Below are positions 18,301 through 25,787 of a stretch of DNA of 64,000 nt, one piece after another. A model generated the notes under the pieces. That model was not told the origin of the DNA. It saw only the letters and a program-made list of their open reading frames with translations, and searched no databases. Source of the stretch: a virus; IMG/VR virus record IMGVR_UViG_3300050821_004119, positions 6,312-70,311 of that record. The stretch is one strand, 5' to 3'. How positions within the stretch are numbered: position 1 is the stretch's first letter; every line of letters begins with the position of its first letter. Both the position numbers and the translations under genes were made by a program.

Positions 18301-18692
18301 AATTTAATCAAGTTTTCCATCCTGCTCGATTTAATAGGGCATTATTACAGGCAAGGCATCAAGAATTCCTTACAATCTATTCGGAAGATGAATTGCTCAA
18401 ACACAATATGTATCTTTCCGATGATGAACAAAGTGGTTTTTGGATAAGCGAACAAGGTGAGATAGGCAACCTGTTTTCCCTTAATCATCATGGGGCCGAT
18501 GCGATATATGCGGCACAAGACGTTGCGGGAGTATGGCTACAGTGCTTTCAAGGTTTTCTATCGGAATTCTACCATAAACATGGTTTCCGCATAACCTCAC
18601 GTATACCCTGGGATGAAGCGTTCGCTCCACCAGAATGGGACTATACGAAGAATGGAACGCCGAACGTCGTTAACATGCACCTGTGTTATTAG
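18297..18692 (+). CDS. GNAT-like acetyltransferase-fold protein
   Basis: GEIGNLFS..G, LQCFQGFLSEFY..HGF, WDEAFAPPEWDY..GTPNVV pattern. Confidence 0.6.
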   Translation: MKFNQVFHPARFNRALLQARHQEFLTIYSEDELLKHNMYLSDDEQSGFWISEQGEIGNLFSLNHHGADAIYAAQDVAGVWLQCFQGFLSEFYHKHGFRITSRIPWDEAFAPPEWDYTKNGTPNVVNMHLCY

Positions 18693-18693
18693 A

Positions 18694-18724
18694 AGGAAAG
18701 GGCTACTCATAACAGCCCTTTCCT
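18694..18724. terminator. hairpin between convergent genes (bidirectional terminator)
   Basis: AGGAAAGGGCT/AGCCCTTTCCT inverted repeat. Confidence 0.7.
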
Positions 18725-18737
18725 GGTGTTTTATGGA

Positions 18738-18935
18738 CTATTCAGATTTTTCATGCCCAAGTATGCAATATGTAGCTACATGAGCACCTAGCAGGGCCGC
18801 CATGGCCTCCTTGAGGGTACAAAAGATAAGGGTGTAAAACTTATCTGTTTCCCCTTCCTTAATGTAGTAAGGAATCTGTACTTCGTATACCGCTTCTGTT
18901 CCGTAGTACTTTGTCTTTATTGTCGCGGTTTTCAT
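18738..18935 (-). CDS. hypothetical protein
   Basis: 65 aa, AAGGGA RBS. Confidence 0.6.
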   Translation of the reverse strand: MKTATIKTKYYGTEAVYEVQIPYYIKEGETDKFYTLIFCTLKEAMAALLGAHVATYCILGHEKSE

Positions 18936-19035
18936 GTTAGTCCCTTTCTTATGAAGTTTTCTTTCTTGTCGATATATTAGGATACAAAAGACACGATGTC
19001 GATAGGTCGAACAGGGAATATATTGTAAAGATGAT

Positions 19036-19088
19036 CTTTACAATTAAAGGTGACCTAATCCTTATGTTTTATGCTAGGATGTCGATAC
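19036..19088 (+). promoter_or_regulatory. sigma28-like promoter P3
   Basis: CTTTACAA 45 nt upstream of GTCGATAC; the box is part of the palindrome ATTGTAAAGAT-G-ATCTTTACAAT. Confidence 0.55.
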
Positions 19089-19109
19089 ATTAAACATAGG
19101 AGAACCATC

Positions 19110-19244
19110 ATGCGGATCTTCAGTAGTGTACAATCAGCAGTTGCAGCAGGGTTCCATGTTTGGGACCGAACACAGGATGGAAGCTTTCTGGTAAGGATCT
19201 TAACACCTAAAGGATATGCACTCGCTTTAGCGAAAGGAAATTAA
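19110..19244 (+). CDS. small hypothetical protein (44 aa)
   Basis: AGGAG RBS; MRIFSSVQSAVAAGFHVWDRTQDG... Confidence 0.65.
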   Translation: MRIFSSVQSAVAAGFHVWDRTQDGSFLVRILTPKGYALALAKGN

Positions 19245-19245
19245 C

Positions 19246-19356
19246 ATGGAAAACATTAAAGGCAATATCCCTGCGCCTATCGTATGGCGAGCACTTACTG
19301 CCGAGGAAGCATCCGATATGTTGACCTTCGTTCTAGGTGAGATACCCAGGAATTAA
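19246..19356 (+). CDS. small hypothetical protein (36 aa)
   Basis: AAGGA RBS; ends immediately before the ribozyme. Confidence 0.55.
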   Translation: MENIKGNIPAPIVWRALTAEEASDMLTFVLGEIPRN

Positions 19357-19359
19357 AGC

Positions 19360-19405
19360 CCGCCTGAAGAGTCCAAGCAGGACGAAACCCCGTAAGGGGT
19401 CGCGG
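19360..19405 (+). ncRNA. type I hammerhead ribozyme
   Basis: Stem I CCGC/GCGG, core CUGAAGA, stem II GUCC-aagca-GGAC, GAAA, stem III ACCCC-GUAA-GGGGU, GUC cleavage triplet (cut after C19401). Confidence 0.92.
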
Positions 19406-19437
19406 ATATACCGCAACATATACTAGGAGAATTTATA

Positions 19438-19584
19438 ATGCGTTACCTTTCAATCCTTGCGCTTCTCGCGCTTGCTGCTTGCGGTTCTTCAACGAACGCG
19501 CTTCCGACAACGACCTCCGTCTCACGCGCCCCTGCGTACTACCAGAATTGTACGGTTCCTGTGAAATGTGGTAATTTCCACTAA
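19438..19584 (+). CDS. micro-lipoprotein (48 aa)
   Basis: MRYLSILALLALAA|CGSS lipobox; AGGAG RBS; extra CxxxxxC pair near the C-terminus. Confidence 0.8.
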   Translation: MRYLSILALLALAACGSSTNALPTTTSVSRAPAYYQNCTVPVKCGNFH

Positions 19585-19601
19585 AACCTTGGGAAGGTCG
19601 T

Positions 19602-19630
19602 AAAAGGATGCTTTAATTGGCATCCTTTTT
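19602..19630 (+). terminator. intrinsic terminator
   Basis: AAAAGGATGC/GCATCCTTTT inverted repeat with T tract. Confidence 0.8.
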
Positions 19631-19684
19631 CTTTACAATTCTACGACATAAAACACTCAACAATCGCGGCATTTTATGCGATAA
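19631..19684 (+). promoter_or_regulatory. sigma28-like promoter P4
   Basis: CTTTACAA..TCAA-N16-TGCGATAA; 37-nt exact repeat with P5 (19672-19708 = 20407-20443). Confidence 0.6.
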
Positions 19685-19705
19685 TAAGTATAAGGGAGAA
19701 ACAAC

Positions 19706-19804
19706 ATGAACGCTCTAATCGCCGGAATCGTCGCTCTAGCAATAGTTCTAGCAATCGCCGCTAGCCAAACTCTCTCACATGCGGTAGCAGCACTTCCGTT
19801 CTAA
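19706..19804 (+). CDS. 32-aa hydrophobic (single-TM) peptide
   Basis: MNALIAGIVALAIVLAIAASQTLSHAVAALPF; GGGAG RBS. Confidence 0.65.
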   Translation: MNALIAGIVALAIVLAIAASQTLSHAVAALPF

Positions 19805-19816
19805 AGGAGAAATAAC

Positions 19817-19954
19817 ATGACGCAGAGCGAATACGACAAAGCATATATAAAACTATGTGAAAAACTCAAGAGTTTACAATCAGAATCTAGTTTAGACTTA
19901 GAAGCCTGGTTTGAACGACAAATTGATAAATTAGACAAAGAATTCATGACCTAA
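19817..19954 (+). CDS. small hypothetical protein (45 aa)
   Basis: AAGGAG RBS. Confidence 0.6.
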   Translation: MTQSEYDKAYIKLCEKLKSLQSESSLDLEAWFERQIDKLDKEFMT

Positions 19955-19970
19955 GTAGAGGAGAAACATC

Positions 19971-20096
19971 ATGCTTGCATTTATCTTCTTCACTCTTCTT
20001 TACGGATTCTGTTTAATAGGCATCTTGGCAGGGATATGGGCAGCAATTTGGATATTAGCATTAATCGCATCCTTCTTTCAAGGAGAAACAACATGA
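19971..20096 (+). CDS. small membrane peptide (41 aa)
   Basis: GAGGAG RBS; almost entirely hydrophobic. Confidence 0.6.
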   Translation: MLAFIFFTLLYGFCLIGILAGIWAAIWILALIASFFQGETT

Positions 20097-20269
20097 ACGT
20101 CTCGGCATCAATACAGAATGCAGAGTCCTGTTATTTGAACCGTATCGCAATGGCAGAGGTCGTTAAGATCATGCGTATAGCCGACAAGACTAACCAACAA
20201 ATGTCCCTAGCAGAGGAGCATCCGGTAAACGTGTTTTCTTATAATCCTAGACCTAACCAGGCATCGTAA
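20093..20269 (+). CDS. hypothetical protein (58 aa)
   Basis: AAGGAG RBS before MNVSASIQ. Confidence 0.6.
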   Translation: MNVSASIQNAESCYLNRIAMAEVVKIMRIADKTNQQMSLAEEHPVNVFSYNPRPNQAS

Positions 20270-20365
20270 GGAGTAGCCATGAAGTACACCAGAACAACCC
20301 GCATAATGCGGTTTTCTTACCGAACGCACTATTGGTACGTCCTATTTGATATAAAGGATTAAAAC

Positions 20366-20419
20366 CTTTACAAAACTACCCCCTTAGACCCTAAAGAACC
20401 GCGCCCTTTTATGCGATAA
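20366..20419 (+). promoter_or_regulatory. sigma28-like promoter P5
   Basis: CTTTACAA..TAAA-N16-TGCGATAA. Confidence 0.65.
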
Positions 20420-20440
20420 TAAGTATAAGGGAGAAACAAC

Positions 20441-20599
20441 ATGCAGAACAAAGAATTCGACAAAACGACAAAACTCGGCGATTATCTAGCGACAAACCCC
20501 TTCTCCTGGATAGAGAAGAGCAAAGCTAAACGGGAAGCGCGTCGTATCAGATTGGCGTCTAAACCACAGGGACCGTATTGTCCCCTCAATACTATATAA
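20441..20599 (+). CDS. small basic protein (52 aa)
   Basis: GGGAG RBS; followed by a terminator. Confidence 0.6.
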   Translation: MQNKEFDKTTKLGDYLATNPFSWIEKSKAKREARRIRLASKPQGPYCPLNTI

Positions 20600-20618
20600 G
20601 AACCGATCAAGAAAAACA

Positions 20619-20645
20619 GCCCTCCTAATTGGAGGGTTTTTCTTT
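20619..20645 (+). terminator. intrinsic terminator
   Basis: CCCTCC-taatt-GGAGGG followed by a T tract. Confidence 0.8.
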
Positions 20646-20862
20646 ATGTCCTAATCAAGGTTAGCAGGCAGGAATGACGAAACGCTCAATTTGACGCTTA
20701 TCGCAGCGAATAGCTTGTAAATTGTAGAGACCTTTATTTTTTCGCCGCCAAGAACCTCAAAGCATAAGAACACCTAGATGAATACCTGATCGTACACATA
20801 GCAGAACCCCTCCAGCAGGGCGTTCATATATAATAATGGCATTATCCCTCATTATATAGCCT

Positions 20863-21617
20863 GTCACGCTCCTGAAGGCATTTTAGGTATATAGGCGAGC
20901 AGGGATAGCATGAGGATATATCATAGGAGGTCGTATGGGCTGTCACATTCTTGGAAGGGAGCATACGTCACAATCCTGGAGTATCTCTTGAATAGAACCT
21001 CGCAGGGCATTGTCACAATCCTGGAGGGGTGCGTGGGCGTACGTCCCTCGCGCTATTCACTCGGCATCCCACCGATTTCCTTGAGATTCAGGATTGTGAC
21101 ATCGCAGCAGCATGCCTAGCAGCGCGCCGTCATCCTCCCGCCATATCAAACATCGTAAACAGGGGTCGATGCGCTACAGGCAACGCTAGGCCATTGCATT
21201 AATGAGCGTCCTAAAACACGTCCAACATCACCCCTTGTAGAGCATGACCCTTTGTGCTCAACGGGTGGGATGCGCCTGCCCCATGACGCTCAATTTCGCG
21301 CGCGATGGAGTCTCTGCCCCATGTTTTGCCGGGGTGTCTCTCTGTGGGAAATCGGGCTACCCCCAAACCACACCCAAACTCGACACCCCTATTAACCTCA
21401 GGATTGTGACAACACTTAACAACACTTAACAACCCTTGACAGCCGTGGTATACTGATAACACAGAGAGAGCCTCTATGGGAGGCAACGCTACTACGCAGG
21501 ATATATACTGCCTGTAGCCGACGGTACGACCCCGACTCTCTTTCTTTATGTTCAAAATAATCGTAGTCGCATTACGACAATCGTGATAAAATGAAATATA
21601 ATTCTCAACATTGTGAC
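20863..21617. repeat. non-coding cluster of seven TC(A/C)GGAWTGTGAC-like motifs plus a 10-bp tandem repeat
   Basis: Reverse copies at 20863, 20942, 20967, 21012; forward copies at 21088, 21398, 21605; AACACTTAAC x2 + AACCCTTGAC at 21411-21440. Confidence 0.75.
21426..21454 (+). promoter_or_regulatory. sigma70-like promoter with extended -10
   Basis: TTAACA-17-TATACT with TGn. Confidence 0.55.
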
Positions 21618-21687
21618 ATAAATCCATATGTTAAGAAATAAAAGAAATTGAACATATGGGTTGACTACCGTGTTATACTGCTCGCAA

Positions 21688-21764
21688 GACGCTGTAGCTC
21701 AGCTGGTTAGAGCGCCGCCCTGTCACGGCGGAGGTCGAGGGTTCGAGCCCCTTCAGCGTCGCCA
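21688..21764 (+). tRNA. tRNA-Asp (GTC)
   Basis: GACGCTG/CAGCGTC acceptor stem, CCGCC-ctGTCac-GGCGG anticodon arm, GGTTCGAGCCC T arm, encoded CCA. Confidence 0.97.
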
Positions 21765-21903
21765 CTTGCTTCTGTGTCGCTATTTAATAATTGACCTGAT
21801 CGGCTGGCATCGTTGGAAGTAGAATTTTGGTTCTTTTGTCAATATATATAATGAGAGGCTTTTCTCTCGAACCCGCTGACATTATGCAGCAGAGGATAAT
21901 AAA

Positions 21904-22158
21904 ATGCAACTTAGTAAAATTCAATTTCCAGATCATTTTTCTGACGACCAAATAACAGCGCATCTTAATTCGATATTTATTCCACATCTTCGTGAACTTT
22001 CTATTATTTGTAAAGTAATTTCAGAATCTATTGATTCTGACTGGTCTGATAAACAGTATCAAGTTCAAGAACTGAGCGGACAGATTTCTTCTTTACGTGG
22101 CGTTATTAAGGGCTTAGAGCTTCTTCAAAAGGAAATTGGAATAAGTCCGGTTTACTAA
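21904..22158 (+). CDS. hypothetical protein
   Basis: 84 aa, GAGGA RBS, hairpin downstream (22166-22189). Confidence 0.65.
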   Translation: MQLSKIQFPDHFSDDQITAHLNSIFIPHLRELSIICKVISESIDSDWSDKQYQVQELSGQISSLRGVIKGLELLQKEIGISPVY

Positions 22159-22196
22159 AAACATTGGCGACCGGATTATTCTGGTCGCCTCTTTAT

Positions 22197-22271
22197 GGTC
22201 TGCTCGTCTATCGGTTAGGACGCTGGCCTTTCACGCCGGTAAGTAGGGTTCGACTCCCTAGCAGACTACCA
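22197..22271 (+). tRNA. tRNA-Glu (TTC)
   Basis: GGTCTGC/GCAGACT acceptor stem, CTGGC-ctTTCac-GCCGG anticodon arm, GGTTCGACTCC T arm, CCA. Confidence 0.96.
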
Positions 22272-22279
22272 AAATCAAT

Positions 22280-22707
22280 GTCATGGTAGCTCATCTGAAA
22301 GACATACATGATAAATTCAGAATATCAATCAAATTTATATTTTAAGAAACGATCTGATATTATTTCTCAATTAGGAGGAGCCTGTGTAAAATGTTGGTCA
22401 ACTTCTAATTTAGAAATAGATCATCGAATTCCTGAAAATAAAAGTTTTAATATTAGTAAGAAATTAAAACAACATGGATATGATATTGATGTTGAAATTT
22501 CCAAATGTCAGTTATTGTGTTTCAGATGTCATAGTGTGAAAAGTATTACTGAACGAGGAGATGTTGTAACCAAGGGACGTGATATTCATGGGACATTATC
22601 TGCATATAGATATTGTAAATGTCCTTTATGTAAGGGTGCAAAGTCCGAATACATGAGAGAATATCATAGATTAAATCCTCGTTATTAAATTCCAACTCGT
22701 GGCACCA
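22280..22707 (+). pseudogene. tRNA remnant split by an HNH gene
   Basis: 5' part GTCATGG-TAGCTCA at 22280; 3' part ATTCCAAC-TCGTGGC-A-CCA ending 22707; the two acceptor strands pair. Confidence 0.55.
22308..22688 (+). CDS. HNH endonuclease
   Basis: CVKC..LEIDH..CQLLC..CH; C-terminal HGT..Y..CKC..C. Confidence 0.88.
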   Translation: MINSEYQSNLYFKKRSDIISQLGGACVKCWSTSNLEIDHRIPENKSFNISKKLKQHGYDIDVEISKCQLLCFRCHSVKSITERGDVVTKGRDIHGTLSAYRYCKCPLCKGAKSEYMREYHRLNPRY

Positions 22708-22819
22708 TGCGGTATGCGTTGAGGCGCGAAAAGTTAAGGCGAATGTCGTCATGACGACAATACCTTCAAAAGCTGGTGCAACTCCGATTTCCCGTTCTTT
22801 TTTTTGCAAGGAGATTATA

Positions 22820-23020
22820 ATGAAAAGCGTCTGGTGTGGAATATGCCGACAAGAATATAATTTCCCAAATGATATAGATCCGACGAAATGGGTTGATAGA
22901 CATATTGAAACACATCGACGTGATTTAACGAGTGCTGAAGAAGATTACGAAATAATGAATCAGCAAGCAGAAAAACATTCTCAAAATCTCAAGTTTAGTA
23001 AAATGTACAACAGGAGTTGA
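22820..23020 (+). CDS. small zinc-finger-like protein
   Basis: AAGGAG RBS; CGIC..H...H. Confidence 0.55.
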   Translation: MKSVWCGICRQEYNFPNDIDPTKWVDRHIETHRRDLTSAEEDYEIMNQQAEKHSQNLKFSKMYNRS

Positions 23021-23151
23021 CTTATGCCTAAGGCTAAAAAAGTAATAACAAAAATTATTCCAGTCGTTGATCCTTGCGTTGGTCAGGACTATGCACGTCA
23101 GCAGGTGACTAATCAACTTGTTCGTAACGCGGTCGCCGACTTTATGGAACT

Positions 23152-23337
23152 ATGGAATCCGTGGAAATTCTTAAAATGATTAATGTAGGGGATCATGTGA
23201 CTCACAAACACTTTGGTGAAGGTATTGTGATTGAGATCGAACCAATTGTGGTTGAGTTTCATCCCAAACCATTTGTAAAGATTTTCAATGTTTTCAACTC
23301 TGTGCAGTTGGATGTGGTAAAATCTGTGCATGAATAA
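23152..23337 (+). CDS. small SH3-like protein
   Basis: VGDHVTHKHFGEGIV motif. Confidence 0.55.
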   Translation: MESVEILKMINVGDHVTHKHFGEGIVIEIEPIVVEFHPKPFVKIFNVFNSVQLDVVKSVHE

Positions 23338-24025
23338 TAATTATATTGCTTACTATCGGGTCAGCACGAAGGATCAAGGTCGGTCAGGTCTTGGTCTTGA
23401 AGCACAAGAAGCAACTGTAAAAGAATACTGTTTGAAGAATGATTTGAATTTGATTGCTTCTTATACAGAGGTTGAGACTAGCACAAAAGATACATTGGAA
23501 AATCGTCCAGTGTTACAAAAAGCTCTTGGGCATTCTAAGAGAATTAGTGCTGTATTAATTATAGCCAAACTTGATCGACTTTCTCGCTCTGTGTATGTTA
23601 CTTCATTATTACATAAGTCTGGTGTGGAATTTTTGTGCTGTGATATGCCATTAGCCAATAGGTTCACTATTAATATTCTTGCAGCAGTTGCTGAACAAGA
23701 AGCGCAAATGATTAGTGAACGTACTAAGGCAGCATTAAAGGCTTTAAAAGCCCGTGGTATTAAGTTAGGTACTCATCGTCCAGAGTGTGCTAATAATTTA
23801 TCTGAAGAAGGAAGACAACTTGGTAATAAACGAGGTTCTTCTAGGAATCGACAGATTAAAAAAGAGGCTTACGCTGATATACTTCCAGAGATTGTGGCAA
23901 TGCGTCATAGTGGCATGCAGATTAAAGATATTACTTTAACCCTCAATGATAAGGGTTATACAACTCGTACAGGTTGTGGTTTTCATACAACAACTGTTCG
24001 GCGCTTACTTGCATTAGGAGTTTGA
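23330..24025 (+). CDS. serine recombinase (resolvase/invertase family)
   Basis: AYYRVST catalytic Ser, RP.L, KLDRLSR, ISERTK, G..LG, C-terminal DNA-binding helices. Confidence 0.93.
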   Translation: MNNNYIAYYRVSTKDQGRSGLGLEAQEATVKEYCLKNDLNLIASYTEVETSTKDTLENRPVLQKALGHSKRISAVLIIAKLDRLSRSVYVTSLLHKSGVEFLCCDMPLANRFTINILAAVAEQEAQMISERTKAALKALKARGIKLGTHRPECANNLSEEGRQLGNKRGSSRNRQIKKEAYADILPEIVAMRHSGMQIKDITLTLNDKGYTTRTGCGFHTTTVRRLLALGV

Positions 24026-24155
24026 TCATGAGTGAACATCACGATGACTGGTCATTAGAAGAAGATACTATGTGTACCTGTTCACATGACGTTGTTTGTA
24101 ATTTATGTAATAGTTTGACAAATGATTATTTTGATGATGTGGATATGGGGACATA

Positions 24156-24566
24156 ATGGGTCGTAAGAGCTGGCATGATTACTTTCTGGATATAGCTGTT
24201 GCTGTATCACAGCGGGCTAGTTGCTCACGCGCGAGCGTTGGAGCAGTCTTCATTAGAGACAATCGCATTCTGACAACTGGCTACAATGGTGCGCCAGGCG
24301 GCGTTAATCATTGTGAGCATCATAACAATAGTGACCTGTTGAATGGTCACTGTTATATTGCTATTCATGCTGAGATGAACGCTATTTTGCAGGCGGCTAC
24401 GGTTGGTATCAGTCTTCAGGATTCCATGTTATACTGTACGCATGAGCCGTGTTTGAATTGCACTAAGGCGATTATTCAGGTAGGATGTAAGGACATCATG
24501 TATCTTCATAAAAAGGAAGATGTATTGGCGCGAGTTCTGCGATTGAAAGTCTACGGGTATTGTTAA
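24156..24566 (+). CDS. dCMP deaminase
   Basis: TGYNG, HAEMNA, PCLNC. Confidence 0.93.
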   Translation: MGRKSWHDYFLDIAVAVSQRASCSRASVGAVFIRDNRILTTGYNGAPGGVNHCEHHNNSDLLNGHCYIAIHAEMNAILQAATVGISLQDSMLYCTHEPCLNCTKAIIQVGCKDIMYLHKKEDVLARVLRLKVYGYC

Positions 24567-24678
24567 ATGATTCTTGGTCCACCAACTCCACAAAGCGTTC
24601 AATATACTTACACAGAAGGCATTGACTGCTGGTGGGGTCTTCCTGTTGTTATTGGTTTAGTATTGATTGGCCGAATGT

Positions 24679-25111
24679 TATGTTTGATCCATTAAGTGGT
24701 TATTATTCGGTGTGTACCTTCTGTAAAGAGGGTAAGTTCAATCTGATTGATAATGACATGAACACTGACTTCGAAGAACAGCATGTGACTCACGGTGCAT
24801 TGGAAATTGTGCCTGGTGCTAAGTTTCTCTCTGAAAATCTCAAACAGAATTATATTGACGTAGATAGACCTAAATTGGAACCAATTAACACCTCGATTGG
24901 ACCCTCAGATAAGAAAGACATTATTGAATCTTTCAAGTCTGCTCGCAACATTAGAAATCATTATCTTCAACAGAAAGTTAAAAAGGAATTCGTTGGATTT
25001 AATTTTTATCCAGTCATCGTTCCTTTGAATCCTTTTTACCTCAGTTATGAAGCACGGTCATTAACTCCAGAGGAATTGCTAATTCCTAAGCTTTGTGTTA
25101 TAGTTTTATAG
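24679..25111 (+). CDS. hypothetical protein
   Basis: ORF 24632-25111; start placed at MFDPLSG; CxxC. Confidence 0.55.
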
Positions 25112-25121
25112 GATATTACTT

Positions 25122-25787
25122 ATGGCAAAAACGCAATACAAGCAAGCGAAGGAACTTTCGCTCCAGGCGCGTCTCAAGCAGGTTCTTCGGCTTCATATGG
25201 GCGGAATGAGCCATTTTGGCATTGCCCGCGAGATGGAATATAGTGTTGCACAGGCCAAAAAGGATGTTGCGACGATCTCTCATGCCACAAGAGAATGGGA
25301 TGACGTCGGTGAGTATCTGAAGGATGTTGTTACGCGCACTGGCGAATTACTGAAAAATTTGAAATATCAGCAGGATTTACTGCAAAAACAGTTGGATTAT
25401 TCGAATGAGTGGGTCGTTCAGCTTGATTCCTTCGCTCAGCCAATCAAAGAGAGACTGTCGAATGGAGAACTTGGTTCCATCCTTTACGGACCTCGTGACT
25501 CTCGACTTTCTATCGCCCTTAGCTCTAAAATCACTGATCTGATCGAACAACAGGGTAAATTACTTGGTGTTTACGCCAAAACCATGGATGTGACGGTCAA
25601 ACTTGAAGAATCAGAGAAAACTACTGTGCTTGTTCTTCAAGCTATTCAAGAGGCCGCACCCGAACTACAATCCAAAATTGTGCGTAAATTGAAAGCTCTA
25701 CGTGCCTCTGAAAACCGATTCTCTAACGTAGAAGTCGAAAGACTCGAAGGCGAGTACGAAGAGCCTGGGTATCTCGATGCCGAGTAA
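25122..25787 (+). CDS. terminase small subunit (probable)
   Basis: N-terminal HTH, helical body with KLLG; directly upstream of and overlapping the large terminase. Confidence 0.7.
   Translation: MAKTQYKQAKELSLQARLKQVLRLHMGGMSHFGIAREMEYSVAQAKKDVATISHATREWDDVGEYLKDVVTRTGELLKNLKYQQDLLQKQLDYSNEWVVQLDSFAQPIKERLSNGELGSILYGPRDSRLSIALSSKITDLIEQQGKLLGVYAKTMDVTVKLEESEKTTVLVLQAIQEAAPELQSKIVRKLKALRASENRFSNVEVERLEGEYEEPGYLDAE

Noticed and set aside
20648-20705. Possible second hammerhead (GACGAAAC..)
   Set aside because: There is no CUGANGA core or convincing stems I and III.
21411-21440. CRISPR-like repeats
   Set aside because: These are only 10-bp tandem units without spacers. No CRISPR array is seen in the window, and the Cas4-like nuclease sits in the recombination block.
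20910-21627. Track ORFs 20910-21119, 21211-21627 and 21244-21429
   Set aside because: They have atypical composition, overlap the motif cluster and show no recognisable protein features.
23330-24025. Integrase or IS607 transposase
   Set aside because: It is too short for a large serine integrase, the catalytic domain is N-terminal (IS607 TnpA has an N-terminal HTH), and there is no TnpB.
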